From an uncultured Anaerolineaceae bacterium (GTDB lineage: Bacteria; Chloroflexota; Anaerolineae; Anaerolineales; UBA4823), in the NCBI GenBank assembly GCA_964629965.1, contig CAZVRZ010000001.1:22008-86007 (forward strand): a stretch of 64,000 nucleotides of DNA, written 5' to 3'. This document shows, one piece after another, positions 43,601 to 54,289 of the stretch. Position 1 is the stretch's first letter, and each line of letters starts with the position of its first letter. The notes beneath the pieces were generated by a model. The model did no database searches, had not been told where the DNA came from, and was given only the letters and a program-made list of their open reading frames with translations. The translations under genes and the position numbers were made by a program.

Positions 43601-46600
43601 ATGGCTCTTTCTGTTGAATGGCAGCATCGGATTGAACGCTGGCAAACAGCTATTTGGAACGCTTGCTACCGCCCGTTGGCTGATATTTCTTTGAGTGGGT
43701 TTGCAACCCGGGATCGGCTGACTGCCGAGCAGGCTTTGCAACTCCCTTTTACCCCTATGCCGCCAGGTGTTGCTTGGGGTGGTAAATGGGAATACGGTTG
43801 GTTTCGGAGTAGCATCACTTTGCCTCCTGAAGCTCAAGGACAGCGGATGGTGTTGCGTTTGTCGCCCGGTGGTGAGAGCCTGGTGTGGGTGAATGGTGAG
43901 ATATCCGGCTCGGTTGGTTGGGCTCATCGGGAAATCACTCTGACCAGGGTTGGGCAGGCCGGTACGCAATTCGAAATTCTCCTGGAAGCTTATGCAGGAC
44001 ATGGGCGAATAACTGTGGGTGAAGGCCCTGTGATGGCTGGTGTACAAACAGTGCCTGAACCAGGCCCAACCCAAGCGAGCGTTGGTCAAAGCACGTACGG
44101 CGTTTGGCTGGAACCTATTTACCAGCTTGCTCTCGACTTTACCACGTTGTATGAACTTCGTAATCGCCTGGATCCATCCCTCTTGCGTGTAGCTGAAGTT
44201 GATGAAGGTTTGATGGCATCCACTTTGCTGTTTGATCCTGAACTGCCCGAAGATGAGATGATCGAAACTGCTTGCCAGGCTCGCCAACTTTTGCGGCCGC
44301 TTTTGGAAAAGCAAAATGGCCCTACCATGCCTTTATTACACGCATTTGGAAATGCTCACCTTGATGTAGCCTGGCTGTGGCCCTGGACTGAAACTGAAAG
44401 AAAGATGGCCCGTACAGAGATCAACCAGCTGGCTTTGTCTGATGAATATGATGAATACCGCTTTTTACAGAGCCAGGCGCATCTCTATTGGATGCTTCAA
44501 GACCGGTATCCCGATCTATATCAACGGGTGAAAAAAGCGGTATCGTCTGGTAAATTTATCATCGATGGCGCCATGTGGGTTGAATCCGATACCAATCTTG
44601 CAGGTGGGGAGGCCCTCATACGGCAGGTTATCTATGGGAGAAGATTCTTTCGCGACGAATTTGGTGTAGATAGCCGCGTGCTCTGGTTACCGGATGTGTT
44701 TGGTTATTCGGGTGCTCTTCCGCAAATATTAAAGAGATGCGGTTGTATCGGTTTTGCCACCCAAAAAATCACCTGGGCATATAACGGTGGAGAACCGTTC
44801 CCGTATAATACATTCTGGTGGGAGGGCATTGATGGCTCTGCTATTCCAACTCATATCTACACAGAATATACCTCCCATACTCGTCCGAATGCGATCTTTG
44901 ACCGTTGGAATACGCGCTTACAGAAAAATGGCATTCGTTCGATGATCTTTGCTTTTGGTTGGGGCGATGGAGGGGGAGGGCCTACCCGCGACCATGTGGA
45001 ATTTATGCGCCGGGCAAAAAATTTAGAAGGCTTGCCTCGAGTCAAATATTCATCTCCGCTTGAATTCTTTATGGACCTTGAGCAGCAAGGTTTACCGAAA
45101 GAGCGTTATGTCGGCGAACTGTATTTTCAGGCGCATCGCGGTACTTACACTTCGCAAGCCAAGACCAAACAGGGGAATCGCCGCAGCGAATTTGCTCTCC
45201 GTGAAGCTGAATTGTGGGGCAGCCTGGCGAGGGTATTGCGAAAATATGATTTTCCTTCGAAAACCATAACAACAGCCTGGCGTAATTTATTATTATGCCA
45301 ATTCCATGATGTGTTGCCGGGCTCTTCGATCCAACGTGTATACGAGGATGCCGAGTCCACTCTTGCAGAAGTGATAGCCGCTGCTCAAGGGCTTGTTCGC
45401 TCTGCCGCCGCAGCTTTCATCCGACCGGCGCAGAGAGCCCAAACGATTTTCAATTCATTAAACTGGCCGCGCACTGTTTTGGTTAATACTGAAGCTGGTA
45501 CTTTAGAGGTTACCGTGCCCTCCTGCGGATGGACTACGATAGATGTGAAGGATTCCTCCCAAGTTGAAAATGGCGTCATAGCTTCTTCAGACAGCCTGGA
45601 AAACGAATTCTTGCGTCTGAAATTTAATACCCGGGGTGAAATCACCAGTATCTTCGATAAAGACAGCGAACGTGAAGTGTTGGCCGGGCCTGGTAATCAA
45701 TTCCGATTGTACAAGGATGTTCCTGATACATGGGATGCGTGGGATCTCGATAGTATGTATGAATTGCAGCCTGTGAAGATTGACGAACCGGTCGTCCTGG
45801 AAATCCTTGAGGCAGGACCGTTGGTCGCGCGCCTTAAACTTGCCCGTAAGTTAAGCCAATCTCAATTGACCCAGGTTATCACATTGCGGCGAAATAGTCG
45901 TCGCCTAGAGTTTGCCACCACGATCGATTGGAAGGAGAGCCATAAGTTGCTGAAAGTGGCCTTCCCAGTTAATATTCATGCTCATGAAGCACTTCATGAG
46001 ATTCAATTCGGGCACCTGTCTCGTCCCAATCATCGTTCGCGCCCGTATGATACGGATCGCTTTGAGGTTTGTAATCATAAATGGACAGCCTTGGCCGAAC
46101 AGAACCGGGGAGTTGCCGTGTTGAATGATTGTAAGTATGGTGTCAATGTACTTGGTAACACTATCCAATTGACACTTTTAAAATCTCCCCTGGCTCCTGA
46201 TATGAATGCTGATAAAGGTGTGCAAACCTTTACGTATGCTCTGTTCCCTTGGAACGGCAGCCTGGCAGATAGTAATGTTGTCCGCGAAGCTTACGAGTTG
46301 AACACACCAATCCTGGTCGTTCCGGGTGATGGCGGGCAAGGCTCATTGATCCAAACCAGCGTTCCCAACATTATTCTTGAAACGGTTAAACCCGCCGAAG
46401 ACGGTTCAAACGACATCGTCCTGCGTTTGTATGAGGCGAAGCGCATGGCGACGCGTTGTACTCTCACGTTAGGCCTGCCGGTTCAGGCTGTTTTTGAAAC
46501 CGACATGATGGAAGAGAGGCAGGTGCCTCTGCCCTTTGCCAGGGATTCTGTCGCTTTAGAATTCCGTCCTTTTGAAATAAAAACGGTGCGTCTAAAAATA

Positions 46601-46603
46601 TAA
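43601..46603 (+). CDS. alpha-mannosidase, glycoside hydrolase family 38
   Basis: GH38 block LHAFGNAHLDVAWLWPW, plus PDVFGYSGALPQIL and FQAHRGTYTSQA. I prefer ATG 43601 (AGGAG 6 nt upstream) to the track ATG at 43580. Confidence 0.9.
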   Translation: MALSVEWQHRIERWQTAIWNACYRPLADISLSGFATRDRLTAEQALQLPFTPMPPGVAWGGKWEYGWFRSSITLPPEAQGQRMVLRLSPGGESLVWVNGEISGSVGWAHREITLTRVGQAGTQFEILLEAYAGHGRITVGEGPVMAGVQTVPEPGPTQASVGQSTYGVWLEPIYQLALDFTTLYELRNRLDPSLLRVAEVDEGLMASTLLFDPELPEDEMIETACQARQLLRPLLEKQNGPTMPLLHAFGNAHLDVAWLWPWTETERKMARTEINQLALSDEYDEYRFLQSQAHLYWMLQDRYPDLYQRVKKAVSSGKFIIDGAMWVESDTNLAGGEALIRQVIYGRRFFRDEFGVDSRVLWLPDVFGYSGALPQILKRCGCIGFATQKITWAYNGGEPFPYNTFWWEGIDGSAIPTHIYTEYTSHTRPNAIFDRWNTRLQKNGIRSMIFAFGWGDGGGGPTRDHVEFMRRAKNLEGLPRVKYSSPLEFFMDLEQQGLPKERYVGELYFQAHRGTYTSQAKTKQGNRRSEFALREAELWGSLARVLRKYDFPSKTITTAWRNLLLCQFHDVLPGSSIQRVYEDAESTLAEVIAAAQGLVRSAAAAFIRPAQRAQTIFNSLNWPRTVLVNTEAGTLEVTVPSCGWTTIDVKDSSQVENGVIASSDSLENEFLRLKFNTRGEITSIFDKDSEREVLAGPGNQFRLYKDVPDTWDAWDLDSMYELQPVKIDEPVVLEILEAGPLVARLKLARKLSQSQLTQVITLRRNSRRLEFATTIDWKESHKLLKVAFPVNIHAHEALHEIQFGHLSRPNHRSRPYDTDRFEVCNHKWTALAEQNRGVAVLNDCKYGVNVLGNTIQLTLLKSPLAPDMNADKGVQTFTYALFPWNGSLADSNVVREAYELNTPILVVPGDGGQGSLIQTSVPNIILETVKPAEDGSNDIVLRLYEAKRMATRCTLTLGLPVQAVFETDMMEERQVPLPFARDSVALEFRPFEIKTVRLKI

Positions 46604-46621
46604 CTCTCCGATAGCTTCTCT

Positions 46622-47347
46622 TCATTTCCCATATACGGATATATGCTTTGTGCTATCACTAGTGAACGGTGACTTGTCCCAATTGCTCCAACGGTTAAGT
46701 AGCTTCAAACTGACTAAGCGTGCCATGATATCAAGTTCTGATGGCCAGGCAAACCGTAGTTTGACCGGATAAAACTGGACACCTGTTTCTGTCAGCACTA
46801 TATGTTGACTGGTGATTGTTTGCGAGGCCAGATCGACTTGGGAAGCATCTATGCGGACTGCCTGATCTGCTATGGAGACTGTGCGCAGAGCTTGTTTGCC
46901 AGTGAAGCGAGTCAGGTCTGGAACAAACCCTTCCAAAACAAAAACGCCGCCTGGCTTTAGATGTTTTGCTGCATTATGGAAACAACGGATTTGTTCATCT
47001 TGAGTCAACAGCGCAAAGAAAGTATTGAAAACTACATAGACCAAGTCAAACTTGCCCTCCACGGGCATCTCAGCGAAATCTCCAATGATCACTGTAATTG
47101 CATCGCCTCCATGTTTTGCCCTCAGAATAGCGAGCATCGACTCGGATGCATCGATGCCGTATATTTTGATGCCGGCTTCTTGCAATGGCAAAGCGATCCT
47201 TCCTGTACCGACACCTAATTCAAGTGCGCTCCCTTTTTGGGCCAACTCGCCTAATGTTTTGATCATCATGGGATCATAGGATTCATACCATTCATCATAT
47301 ACGTCTGCAATGCGTTCCCCATAAGTTTCTTTTTGATAGGATCTCAT
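46622..47347 (-). CDS. class I SAM-dependent methyltransferase
   Basis: 241 aa. Motif I ALELGVGTGRIALPL and post-I IYGIDASESM. Confidence 0.8.
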   Translation of the reverse strand: MRSYQKETYGERIADVYDEWYESYDPMMIKTLGELAQKGSALELGVGTGRIALPLQEAGIKIYGIDASESMLAILRAKHGGDAITVIIGDFAEMPVEGKFDLVYVVFNTFFALLTQDEQIRCFHNAAKHLKPGGVFVLEGFVPDLTRFTGKQALRTVSIADQAVRIDASQVDLASQTITSQHIVLTETGVQFYPVKLRFAWPSELDIMARLVSLKLLNRWSNWDKSPFTSDSTKHISVYGK

Positions 47348-47434
47348 TTTCCAGCCTCCTGTTTAGATTGTCCCTATGCATCACAATGTAGCTTTGCCAC
47401 GAAAATCAATAGCTTATTCGATCAAAAGTTCCTC

Positions 47435-48253
47435 TCAATCTTTAAACCCTATAAATAATCCATTTGATTTTGTGATGTGTATGGGCCCTTGCTTTTGGAG
47501 CATATCATCAAGGAAAGCCTCTAGCTTTCCCAGAGTATCCGCTTGGATCTCATTATCTTGTAAAACAACGTTCATCGACATGATGTAGGCTGCCAGGGGT
47601 GCTGCCTCGGTTATGATCAAACCATCATCAAATAAGTCCATGGCAGTTCGTTCGAAATATTCGCCGATTTGGGCTCGACCGTTGCTCAGGTTAAATTCGG
47701 CGCTGAAGTTGGTAACCGATAAGCCTCTCAAAAGCCGGTTGTCAAATTGGTTAGTCAGTGCATTGATTTCTTTCATATGCCCTGCCCCATTGGTAGCTGC
47801 TAAAAGTCGTCCGCCTCTTTTCAGCACTCGCCGGATCTCGTTCAGTGCAGAGGGACGGTTCGGCACATGGTATAGCATATGATTTGCGATCACCAGATCG
47901 AATGTTCCGGTATCGAAAGGGATTGTTTGTGCATCAAAAACTTCGTAACGGAGGTTTGCCTTTACATCCGCCAGGTTATTTTGTGCTTGCCCGATCATTC
48001 CAGGCGAGAAATCACTCAAAACGATTACCCAGGAAGGGGGGATGCGCTCCAGATTTGCCTTCCATAAACTTGCCGGCCCACAGCCCACCTCCAGGATACT
48101 GTTGCCATCGGGAAGGTTAAAATGATCGAATACCCACTGGAACCAATCGTATGGGTTGGTTTTATATCGGCGGTGGAGTTCAATACGCGCGTTTAGCTTT
48201 GACGCATCCCGATATTGGTTTTCGCATAGATATTTCTGGTTGATGGTTGTCAT
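47435..48253 (-). CDS. class I SAM-dependent methyltransferase
   Basis: Motif I ILEVGCGPASLW. ATG 48253 is preceded by AAGGAG, which overlaps the stop of the upstream gene (GAAAAGGAGTAGCAAGATG). Confidence 0.8.
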   Translation of the reverse strand: MTTINQKYLCENQYRDASKLNARIELHRRYKTNPYDWFQWVFDHFNLPDGNSILEVGCGPASLWKANLERIPPSWVIVLSDFSPGMIGQAQNNLADVKANLRYEVFDAQTIPFDTGTFDLVIANHMLYHVPNRPSALNEIRRVLKRGGRLLAATNGAGHMKEINALTNQFDNRLLRGLSVTNFSAEFNLSNGRAQIGEYFERTAMDLFDDGLIITEAAPLAAYIMSMNVVLQDNEIQADTLGKLEAFLDDMLQKQGPIHITKSNGLFIGFKD

Positions 48254-48257
48254 CTTG

Positions 48258-49334
48258 CTACTCCTTTTCAACGATGACTAACGTGCCTAAACCCTGTTTT
48301 CTCCAATTCGAGCGATCCCTCATCGGTAACTGATGGCGTGGATCGCACCAGCGGTACAGCCACCTGGCTTCGCGCGGGCGCATATTCACGCAGCCATGAC
48401 TCATTTGTACGCCAAAATTGTTATGCCAATACGCTCCATGGAAAGCAACACCGGTTTTCATCACAAAATACATGGTCCATGGCACACCGGGTAATTCATA
48501 GGCCTCCGGATCACCAGTTAAATTGCCCTCGCCCATGTGAGTGGAGGGGGTTTTATTTTCAATATAGAATTCTCCGGTGGGCGTTTCCCAGGGAATATCA
48601 TTGGCAACAGGCTTTATCGGAAGACCTGTGGAAACTTGAGTGTGCATCACGATCGTATCGTTTTCGAAGGCTGTCATGGTTTGATTTCTGAGCGAGATTT
48701 TTATATACTTGGCCTCCCAAGGAACATCAGGCGATATCGGGGCCATCTCTTCATCTGGAATAGGGCGGAAATGTTGCGCCGGGGCAAGGTATTCGACCAG
48801 GTTACCTCCCAGGATCCGATACCAGGGTTGATTATCCGGCCCTGTTTCAATCCCGATAATCCAGTGAGTGGTTTCATAATATAACTTGTAAAGAGGCCTC
48901 CAAACTTTTTGATAAACATCATAACGGTATGTTTGCGTGTAGGGTACGGTTACTTCGCATAGCTGTCCTGCTTGGGGAATTGTTTTGAGCACCTGGTTAA
49001 AGCGAACCTTTACCCGCTGGATAAAGGCTGAGTGAACATATCCTCCCCACACACGGTACCACAGGGGGTTGTAAGGCGGCCCTTTGCGAGGAGTCAGCTC
49101 ATAGTAAAGTTGAATGATGGCATCTTTTGTATTAAGGTAGCCTATCACCGGACTATCCCAATCTGGCTCCTGGTATACGGATACCTGATTTGAAATGGTT
49201 ACTCTACCGATGATCCCGCTTGGATAGGCTTGATCGTCATTCGATGGGGGAAAGGGATTAAATGCCATGACTCCCAAGCTGCCCAAGGCTAAAGTACTGA
49301 GTTTTAAGAATTCACGCCGATTAATATTATTCAT
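48258..49334 (-). CDS. L,D-transpeptidase (YkuD domain) with Tat-type signal
   Basis: Catalytic block FHGAYWHNNFGVQMSHGCVNM. I prefer ATG 49334, giving MNNINRREFLKLSTLALGSLGV. Confidence 0.85.
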   Translation of the reverse strand: MNNINRREFLKLSTLALGSLGVMAFNPFPPSNDDQAYPSGIIGRVTISNQVSVYQEPDWDSPVIGYLNTKDAIIQLYYELTPRKGPPYNPLWYRVWGGYVHSAFIQRVKVRFNQVLKTIPQAGQLCEVTVPYTQTYRYDVYQKVWRPLYKLYYETTHWIIGIETGPDNQPWYRILGGNLVEYLAPAQHFRPIPDEEMAPISPDVPWEAKYIKISLRNQTMTAFENDTIVMHTQVSTGLPIKPVANDIPWETPTGEFYIENKTPSTHMGEGNLTGDPEAYELPGVPWTMYFVMKTGVAFHGAYWHNNFGVQMSHGCVNMRPREARWLYRWCDPRHQLPMRDRSNWRKQGLGTLVIVEKE

Positions 49335-49496
49335 AAAAATACATAGATCCTTGAATTCGATCATTATAACGAAAACGATGAACTCTCGCAAATATTTTTC
49401 GGCGTCGGGTGGTCTCATTCCAACCCCTTTTGAGTGTTCCCTGGCACAGATTAGTGGAGTAAAATCGAAAAAATAACCGATCAAAGGAGTGAGCTT

Positions 49497-50390
49497 ATGA
49501 ACCTATATGGCGGTATTGAAGCAGGGGGAACCAAATTTGTTTGTGCGCTGGCTAGCGGTCCGAATGATATTCGCGCCGAAGAACGTTTCCCAACAACTAC
49601 GCCTGATGAGACGTTTAGCCGGGTGATCCAATTTTTTAATGAACAGCAAGAACAACACGGATCGCTGACTGCTATCGGCATAGCCTCTTTCGGTCCGGTT
49701 GAGTTAAATCCAAACTCGCCCACATTTGGTTATATCACAACGACTCCCAAACCGGGTTGGGCGCAAACCGATGTGGTAGGTCGAATCGTTCGCTCATTGA
49801 GAGTTCCGGTGGCTTTTGATACCGATGTAAACGGCGCCGCGTGGGGAGAAGGGCGTTGGGGCGCGGCGCAAGGATTGGATACATTTGTATATTTAACCAT
49901 TGGCACCGGGATTGGTGGAGGCATTGTCATCGGCCGCCAGTTGGCGCATGGTTTGGCGCATCCCGAGGTTGGTCATATTTTGCTGCCTCACGACCGAGAA
50001 CAAGATCCGTTTGATGGCTGCTGTCCGTATCACAGAGATTGTTTTGAGGGATTAGCTTCTGGCCCGGCTATGCAAAAGCGCTGGGGTGTGAAAGCTGAAA
50101 CACTACCTCCTGAACACCCAGCCTGGGAATTGGAAGCTCGTTATATCGCCCTGGCGCTCTCCAATCTGGTGTGTATACTTTCGCCGCAAAAGATCATCCT
50201 GGGAGGCGGAGTGATGCAGCAAGCGCAGCTCTTCCCATTGATCCGGTCGAAATTGAGCCAGTATCTCAGCGGTTATATTCAGTCACCGAGCATCCTGGAT
50301 CAAATAGATTCTTATGTGGTGTCGCCTGGCCTTGCAGGGCGTTCTGGTGTGATTGGAGCCATTGCTTTAGCTGAGCGCCTGTCGGCTTGA
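49497..50390 (+). CDS. ROK family sugar kinase (fructokinase/mannokinase-like)
   Basis: 297 aa. N-terminal [20 protein letters not shown], and the Zn motif [12 protein letters not shown]. Confidence 0.8.
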   Translation: MNLYGGIEAGGTKFVCALASGPNDIRAEERFPTTTPDETFSRVIQFFNEQQEQHGSLTAIGIASFGPVELNPNSPTFGYITTTPKPGWAQTDVVGRIVRSLRVPVAFDTDVNGAAWGEGRWGAAQGLDTFVYLTIGTGIGGGIVIGRQLAHGLAHPEVGHILLPHDREQDPFDGCCPYHRDCFEGLASGPAMQKRWGVKAETLPPEHPAWELEARYIALALSNLVCILSPQKIILGGGVMQQAQLFPLIRSKLSQYLSGYIQSPSILDQIDSYVVSPGLAGRSGVIGAIALAERLSA

Positions 50391-50456
50391 ATCTACGAGC
50401 AATGATCGTTTTATATATTCTCAAAAGCTATCTGTATTAATATGACATCTGTCATC

Positions 50457-50485
50457 TTGACACCTGCCTGGATTTTTACTATAAT
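50457..50485 (+). promoter_or_regulatory. consensus sigma-70-type promoter TTGACA-17-TATAAT
   Basis: TTGACA at 50457..50462, an exact 17-nt spacer, TATAAT at 50480..50485. It is flanked by the inverted repeats ATGACA-TC-TGTCAT (50442..50455) and GATATT-N4-AATATC (50496..50511). Confidence 0.6.
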
Positions 50486-50542
50486 TTTATTAGAAGATAT
50501 TCAAAAATATCAGCGTATTTTAGTAAACGATTTCTATAGTCC

Positions 50543-51583
50543 ATGGCTTATCCAGGCAAACGTGTTAGCATGAAAGATATAGCTCGTGATGCCGGTGTAT
50601 CCGTATCCACCGTTTCTTTGGCTTTGCGAGAAAGACCAGGCATTCCGCCAGACACTCGCCAGCGAGTGATGGTAGTGGCGCGCGCGCTGGGCTATCACAG
50701 TTCCAATAGTAAATCAACGCTTCCGGCTGGTATTAAAAATGTCGGCCTGGTCGTCAAAGCATATGCCGACGATCTTCCCCAAACAAACCAGTTCTATTCT
50801 TATGTGATTGCCGGGATTGAAACTGCATGCCGCCAGCAAAACATCAATCTCTTGCTGGCGACCGTGATGGTTGATGATTACAACCTGCCTGTTGAAATTC
50901 CTTCCATTTTAACTGAGGGCGTTTTAGATGGATTGCTGCTCGTCGGTACATTGATTGATGATCCTATTGCCCATTTATTAAGCCGCTTGAATGCTCCTAT
51001 AATTCTTGTCGATGCTTATACAGCCAATGCTGATAAAACCTATGATGCTGTCTTATCAGGCAATCATTCGGGAGCTTATCAAGCTGCTGTGTATCTAATC
51101 GAGCATGGCCACCGACACATCGGTATCGTTGGCGGGGGGGTGAAATCTTTCCCGAGTCTAAAAGAGCGCCATGAAGGTTTTGAGCAAGCTGTACGCGAGA
51201 TAAAAGATTGTCATGTTTATACCCTGGATTGCGATACCAAATACTCTGTTACTGATTCAATTGTCAGGCAATTCTTGCATGATTACCCGCAAATCACAGC
51301 AGTTTTTGGCGTCAATGATATTACCGCTATCTGCGTTATGCGCGTAGCTCGCGAGATGGGTAAACGCATTCCACAAGATTTGTCGGTGATTGGTTTTGAC
51401 GATATTGTTATGTCTGCCCATATGGTTCCCCCACTAACTACCATGCAGATCGATAAGATCAATATGGGCCGGATTGGTGTACAGTTATTGCTCAATCGAG
51501 TATCTGCGCCGGATTCCTCCTATGTTTCTTCTATGATCGTGCCAAGGTTGATTGAACGCCAATCAGTCCTAAAGTTAGATTGA
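50543..51583 (+). CDS. LacI family transcriptional regulator
   Basis: 346 aa. HTH MKDIARDAGVSVSTVSLALR followed by a periplasmic-binding-fold effector domain. ATG 50570 is an alternative start. Confidence 0.9.
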   Translation: MAYPGKRVSMKDIARDAGVSVSTVSLALRERPGIPPDTRQRVMVVARALGYHSSNSKSTLPAGIKNVGLVVKAYADDLPQTNQFYSYVIAGIETACRQQNINLLLATVMVDDYNLPVEIPSILTEGVLDGLLLVGTLIDDPIAHLLSRLNAPIILVDAYTANADKTYDAVLSGNHSGAYQAAVYLIEHGHRHIGIVGGGVKSFPSLKERHEGFEQAVREIKDCHVYTLDCDTKYSVTDSIVRQFLHDYPQITAVFGVNDITAICVMRVAREMGKRIPQDLSVIGFDDIVMSAHMVPPLTTMQIDKINMGRIGVQLLLNRVSAPDSSYVSSMIVPRLIERQSVLKLD

Positions 51584-51592
51584 CATGGGAAG

Positions 51593-52978
51593 ATGAAGAA
51601 GATGATCCTGTTCGTTTGTTTGATCGTTGTTCTCCTTCTCCCGGCTTGCGCATCCAACACGGCCGGTGCTACGATGAAGTCTCCAGTGATGGCAGACAGC
51701 GATGCGAAATCGGGAACTTCTGTAGGAAATGTAGAGATTATCTGGTATGTACGCAAGAATGACAACGAGCAGAAATGGGAAACCGAAATGGTGATATCTG
51801 ATTTCGAAGCCAAAAATCCCACCATCAAGATCAATCTGCTTGGCGTAGCCCAGGATAATTTCGATTCCAGACTGCAGGCAATGATAGCTGCTGGCGCCCA
51901 GCCCGACATTTGGTCACATTGGGGATCCAGTGGCTTCCAGGATTATGCCAAACGCAGTCTGGTCGCTGATCTAACACCATATATCGAGAAAGATCATTAT
52001 GATCTTGCGGATTTCATACCAGAAGTGCTAGATATTTATAAGGTGGACGGTAAGATTATGGGATTGCCTATCTCGACTGGAGGCTCTTTCATTTTTTACA
52101 ACAAAAAGATCTTCGATGCGGCTGGCGTCGCTTACCCGCCCACAAATTGGGATGATAAAAGTTGGAACTATGATGCCTATGTTGAGAAATGCAAGCAGCT
52201 GACCAGTCTATCTGTGCCTTTTGATTCCCAGCAAGATGTGTTTGGCTGCTACGAGAATTATTGGCCAAACGATCAATTTGCGTGGATATGGGGCCAGGAT
52301 TTCTACCCCATCTCAGCCTACGAAACTGGTTTTGCTGATACTGCCTATTTAGATGACCAAGCTGTGATAGATGCCTTCCAGGCCAGGCAAGATCTTGTTT
52401 GGGATTATCATTATGCGCCTACCCCGGCTGAGTTAGCTGTCTTTGATGATAATGATATTTTTATGGCTGGGAAGGTAGCCATGATAGCAACTGGTGTTTG
52501 GGGTTGGTGGAAATACTCGGAAATATCCGATTTTAAGTGGGGCGTGGCTGCTTTACCGTATGGTGCTGATACCCGCTTTGGTGTGACTTTTACTGACCCT
52601 TGGCTTATGTCATCGAAATCCGCCCATCCTGAAGAAGCATGGACATTCTTAAAATACTTGTGTTCGCCTGAAATTCAGGCTCAGTGGAGTGAATTGACTG
52701 GCGCGCCGCCTGTACGAAAGAGCTTACAGCACGATTGGGTAAAACGATTTCCAGGTATGGCTCCAGAAGATGTGAAAGAGGTTTTTGATGGAGCTCTACA
52801 ATATGGGCGCGAGAGCCCCAGCCATATGTTGGTAAAGTTTGATCAATTGAATCGGATAACCGAAGCGGCAATTGCCCCAATCGTTTCTAATCAGAAGTCG
52901 GCGGCCGAAACCTTACCTGTAGCAAACCAGGCTCTAATCAAAACCCTCAGGCAGATTCAAAATGAATACCAGAAATGA
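51593..52978 (+). CDS. ABC-type sugar-binding lipoprotein, solute-binding family 1 (no cognate permease genes adjacent)
   Basis: 461 aa. Signal/lipobox LLLPACAS, then a family-1 carbohydrate SBP-like body. Confidence 0.85.
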   Translation: MKKMILFVCLIVVLLLPACASNTAGATMKSPVMADSDAKSGTSVGNVEIIWYVRKNDNEQKWETEMVISDFEAKNPTIKINLLGVAQDNFDSRLQAMIAAGAQPDIWSHWGSSGFQDYAKRSLVADLTPYIEKDHYDLADFIPEVLDIYKVDGKIMGLPISTGGSFIFYNKKIFDAAGVAYPPTNWDDKSWNYDAYVEKCKQLTSLSVPFDSQQDVFGCYENYWPNDQFAWIWGQDFYPISAYETGFADTAYLDDQAVIDAFQARQDLVWDYHYAPTPAELAVFDDNDIFMAGKVAMIATGVWGWWKYSEISDFKWGVAALPYGADTRFGVTFTDPWLMSSKSAHPEEAWTFLKYLCSPEIQAQWSELTGAPPVRKSLQHDWVKRFPGMAPEDVKEVFDGALQYGRESPSHMLVKFDQLNRITEAAIAPIVSNQKSAAETLPVANQALIKTLRQIQNEYQK

Positions 52979-52996
52979 TACATGGAGACATTGTGA

Positions 52997-54289
52997 ATGA
53001 GTGACGCTGAGCTGGTTGCCGATTTAGCGCAACCGGAAGTCGATCGAAATATTCGCCATAATTACGTGGTAAATTTTCTGGATGGTACTGCGTTCTGGTT
53101 TGGCAGCAGTTTCATCGCCAGCGCTACGATCTTGCCAGTCTTCATTTCGCGTTTTACAGAGAATAAGCTTGTAATTGGAATGATTGCAGTGATCTCCTCG
53201 GCGGGGTATTTCTTACCCCAATTGTTCACCTCGAATTGGACCCAGCAACAACCTGTTAAGCGAGATGTAGTTGTTAGGGTGGGTTTCTTTACTGAACGCC
53301 TGCCACTTCTCTTGTTTCCTCTTGCTCCCCTCTCGGCATTGATCAGTCCCATTTTGCCTGTGGTGTTGTTATTATGCTTTTACGCCTGGCATTGTTTTGG
53401 CGCGGGTACGATTGCGGTTGCCTGGCAAGATATGCTCGGCAAGGTGATCCCACTCAAAACTCGGGCGCGTTTTTTTGGCATCACCTCCTTCGGGGGTACC
53501 TTTACAGGTATCTTGGGAGCTAGCGTGGCAGCTTATCTGCTGGATCACATTAATTTCCCGTACGGTTATGCAATTTCGTTCACCATTGCCGGATTGATGG
53601 TCTTGCTTTCCTGGGTGTTTATCGCCATGACTCGTGAGAAGCCGGTTTTTAATTCCGAACCGGTCGTATCGCAGTTGGAATATTGGAAAAAATTACCCGC
53701 CATCGTCAAGGTAGATAAGAATTTTCGCAACTTTTTACTAACAATGATTGTTTCATATTTTGGTGGCATGGCCTGGGGCTTTGTTGCCGTGTATTCGAAA
53801 GAGCAGTGGGGCTTATCCGATGGACAGGTAGGCGCGTTTACGATTTGGCTGCTGATTGGGCAATCGGCGGGTAATTTATTAGCTGGTTGGGCAGCAGACC
53901 GTTTTGGACATCGCCTGGTTCTGCTGTGCAGCCTGATCGTATCTGCCACATCACTTGCCTTTGCGTTGATCGCTCCGACGCCGGCTTGGTTTAGCATCGT
54001 TTTTGTGCTGCGCGGTGTTAGCGTGGGAGGCTTTATGGTTGCCTCGCTGATCATCTTGGAGTTTAGCCAATCTGCTATGCGACCGACTTATATTGGCATC
54101 TATAATACTGCCTTGGGATTTGTCGGTCTGCTGACACCTCTCTTGGGAGGCTGGTTGTACCAGGTTGCAGGACACCGCTGGCTTTTTTCACTATCGTTGA
54201 GTATCGGTATAGTTGCTTTTCTTATGCTGGCAGTCTTGGTTCGCGAGCCGCGTCAGGATGGTTTGCTGAAAAATGTTAGAGCCCTTTAA
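52997..54289 (+). CDS. MFS transporter
   Basis: 430 aa, about 12 TM. GGAG is 7 nt upstream. Confidence 0.85.
   Translation: MSDAELVADLAQPEVDRNIRHNYVVNFLDGTAFWFGSSFIASATILPVFISRFTENKLVIGMIAVISSAGYFLPQLFTSNWTQQQPVKRDVVVRVGFFTERLPLLLFPLAPLSALISPILPVVLLLCFYAWHCFGAGTIAVAWQDMLGKVIPLKTRARFFGITSFGGTFTGILGASVAAYLLDHINFPYGYAISFTIAGLMVLLSWVFIAMTREKPVFNSEPVVSQLEYWKKLPAIVKVDKNFRNFLLTMIVSYFGGMAWGFVAVYSKEQWGLSDGQVGAFTIWLLIGQSAGNLLAGWAADRFGHRLVLLCSLIVSATSLAFALIAPTPAWFSIVFVLRGVSVGGFMVASLIILEFSQSAMRPTYIGIYNTALGFVGLLTPLLGGWLYQVAGHRWLFSLSLSIGIVAFLMLAVLVREPRQDGLLKNVRAL

Noticed and set aside
43577-44314. 245-aa minus-strand ORF
   Set aside because: It is antisense to the well-supported GH38 alpha-mannosidase gene. 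It has no recognisable motifs and a shadow-frame composition.
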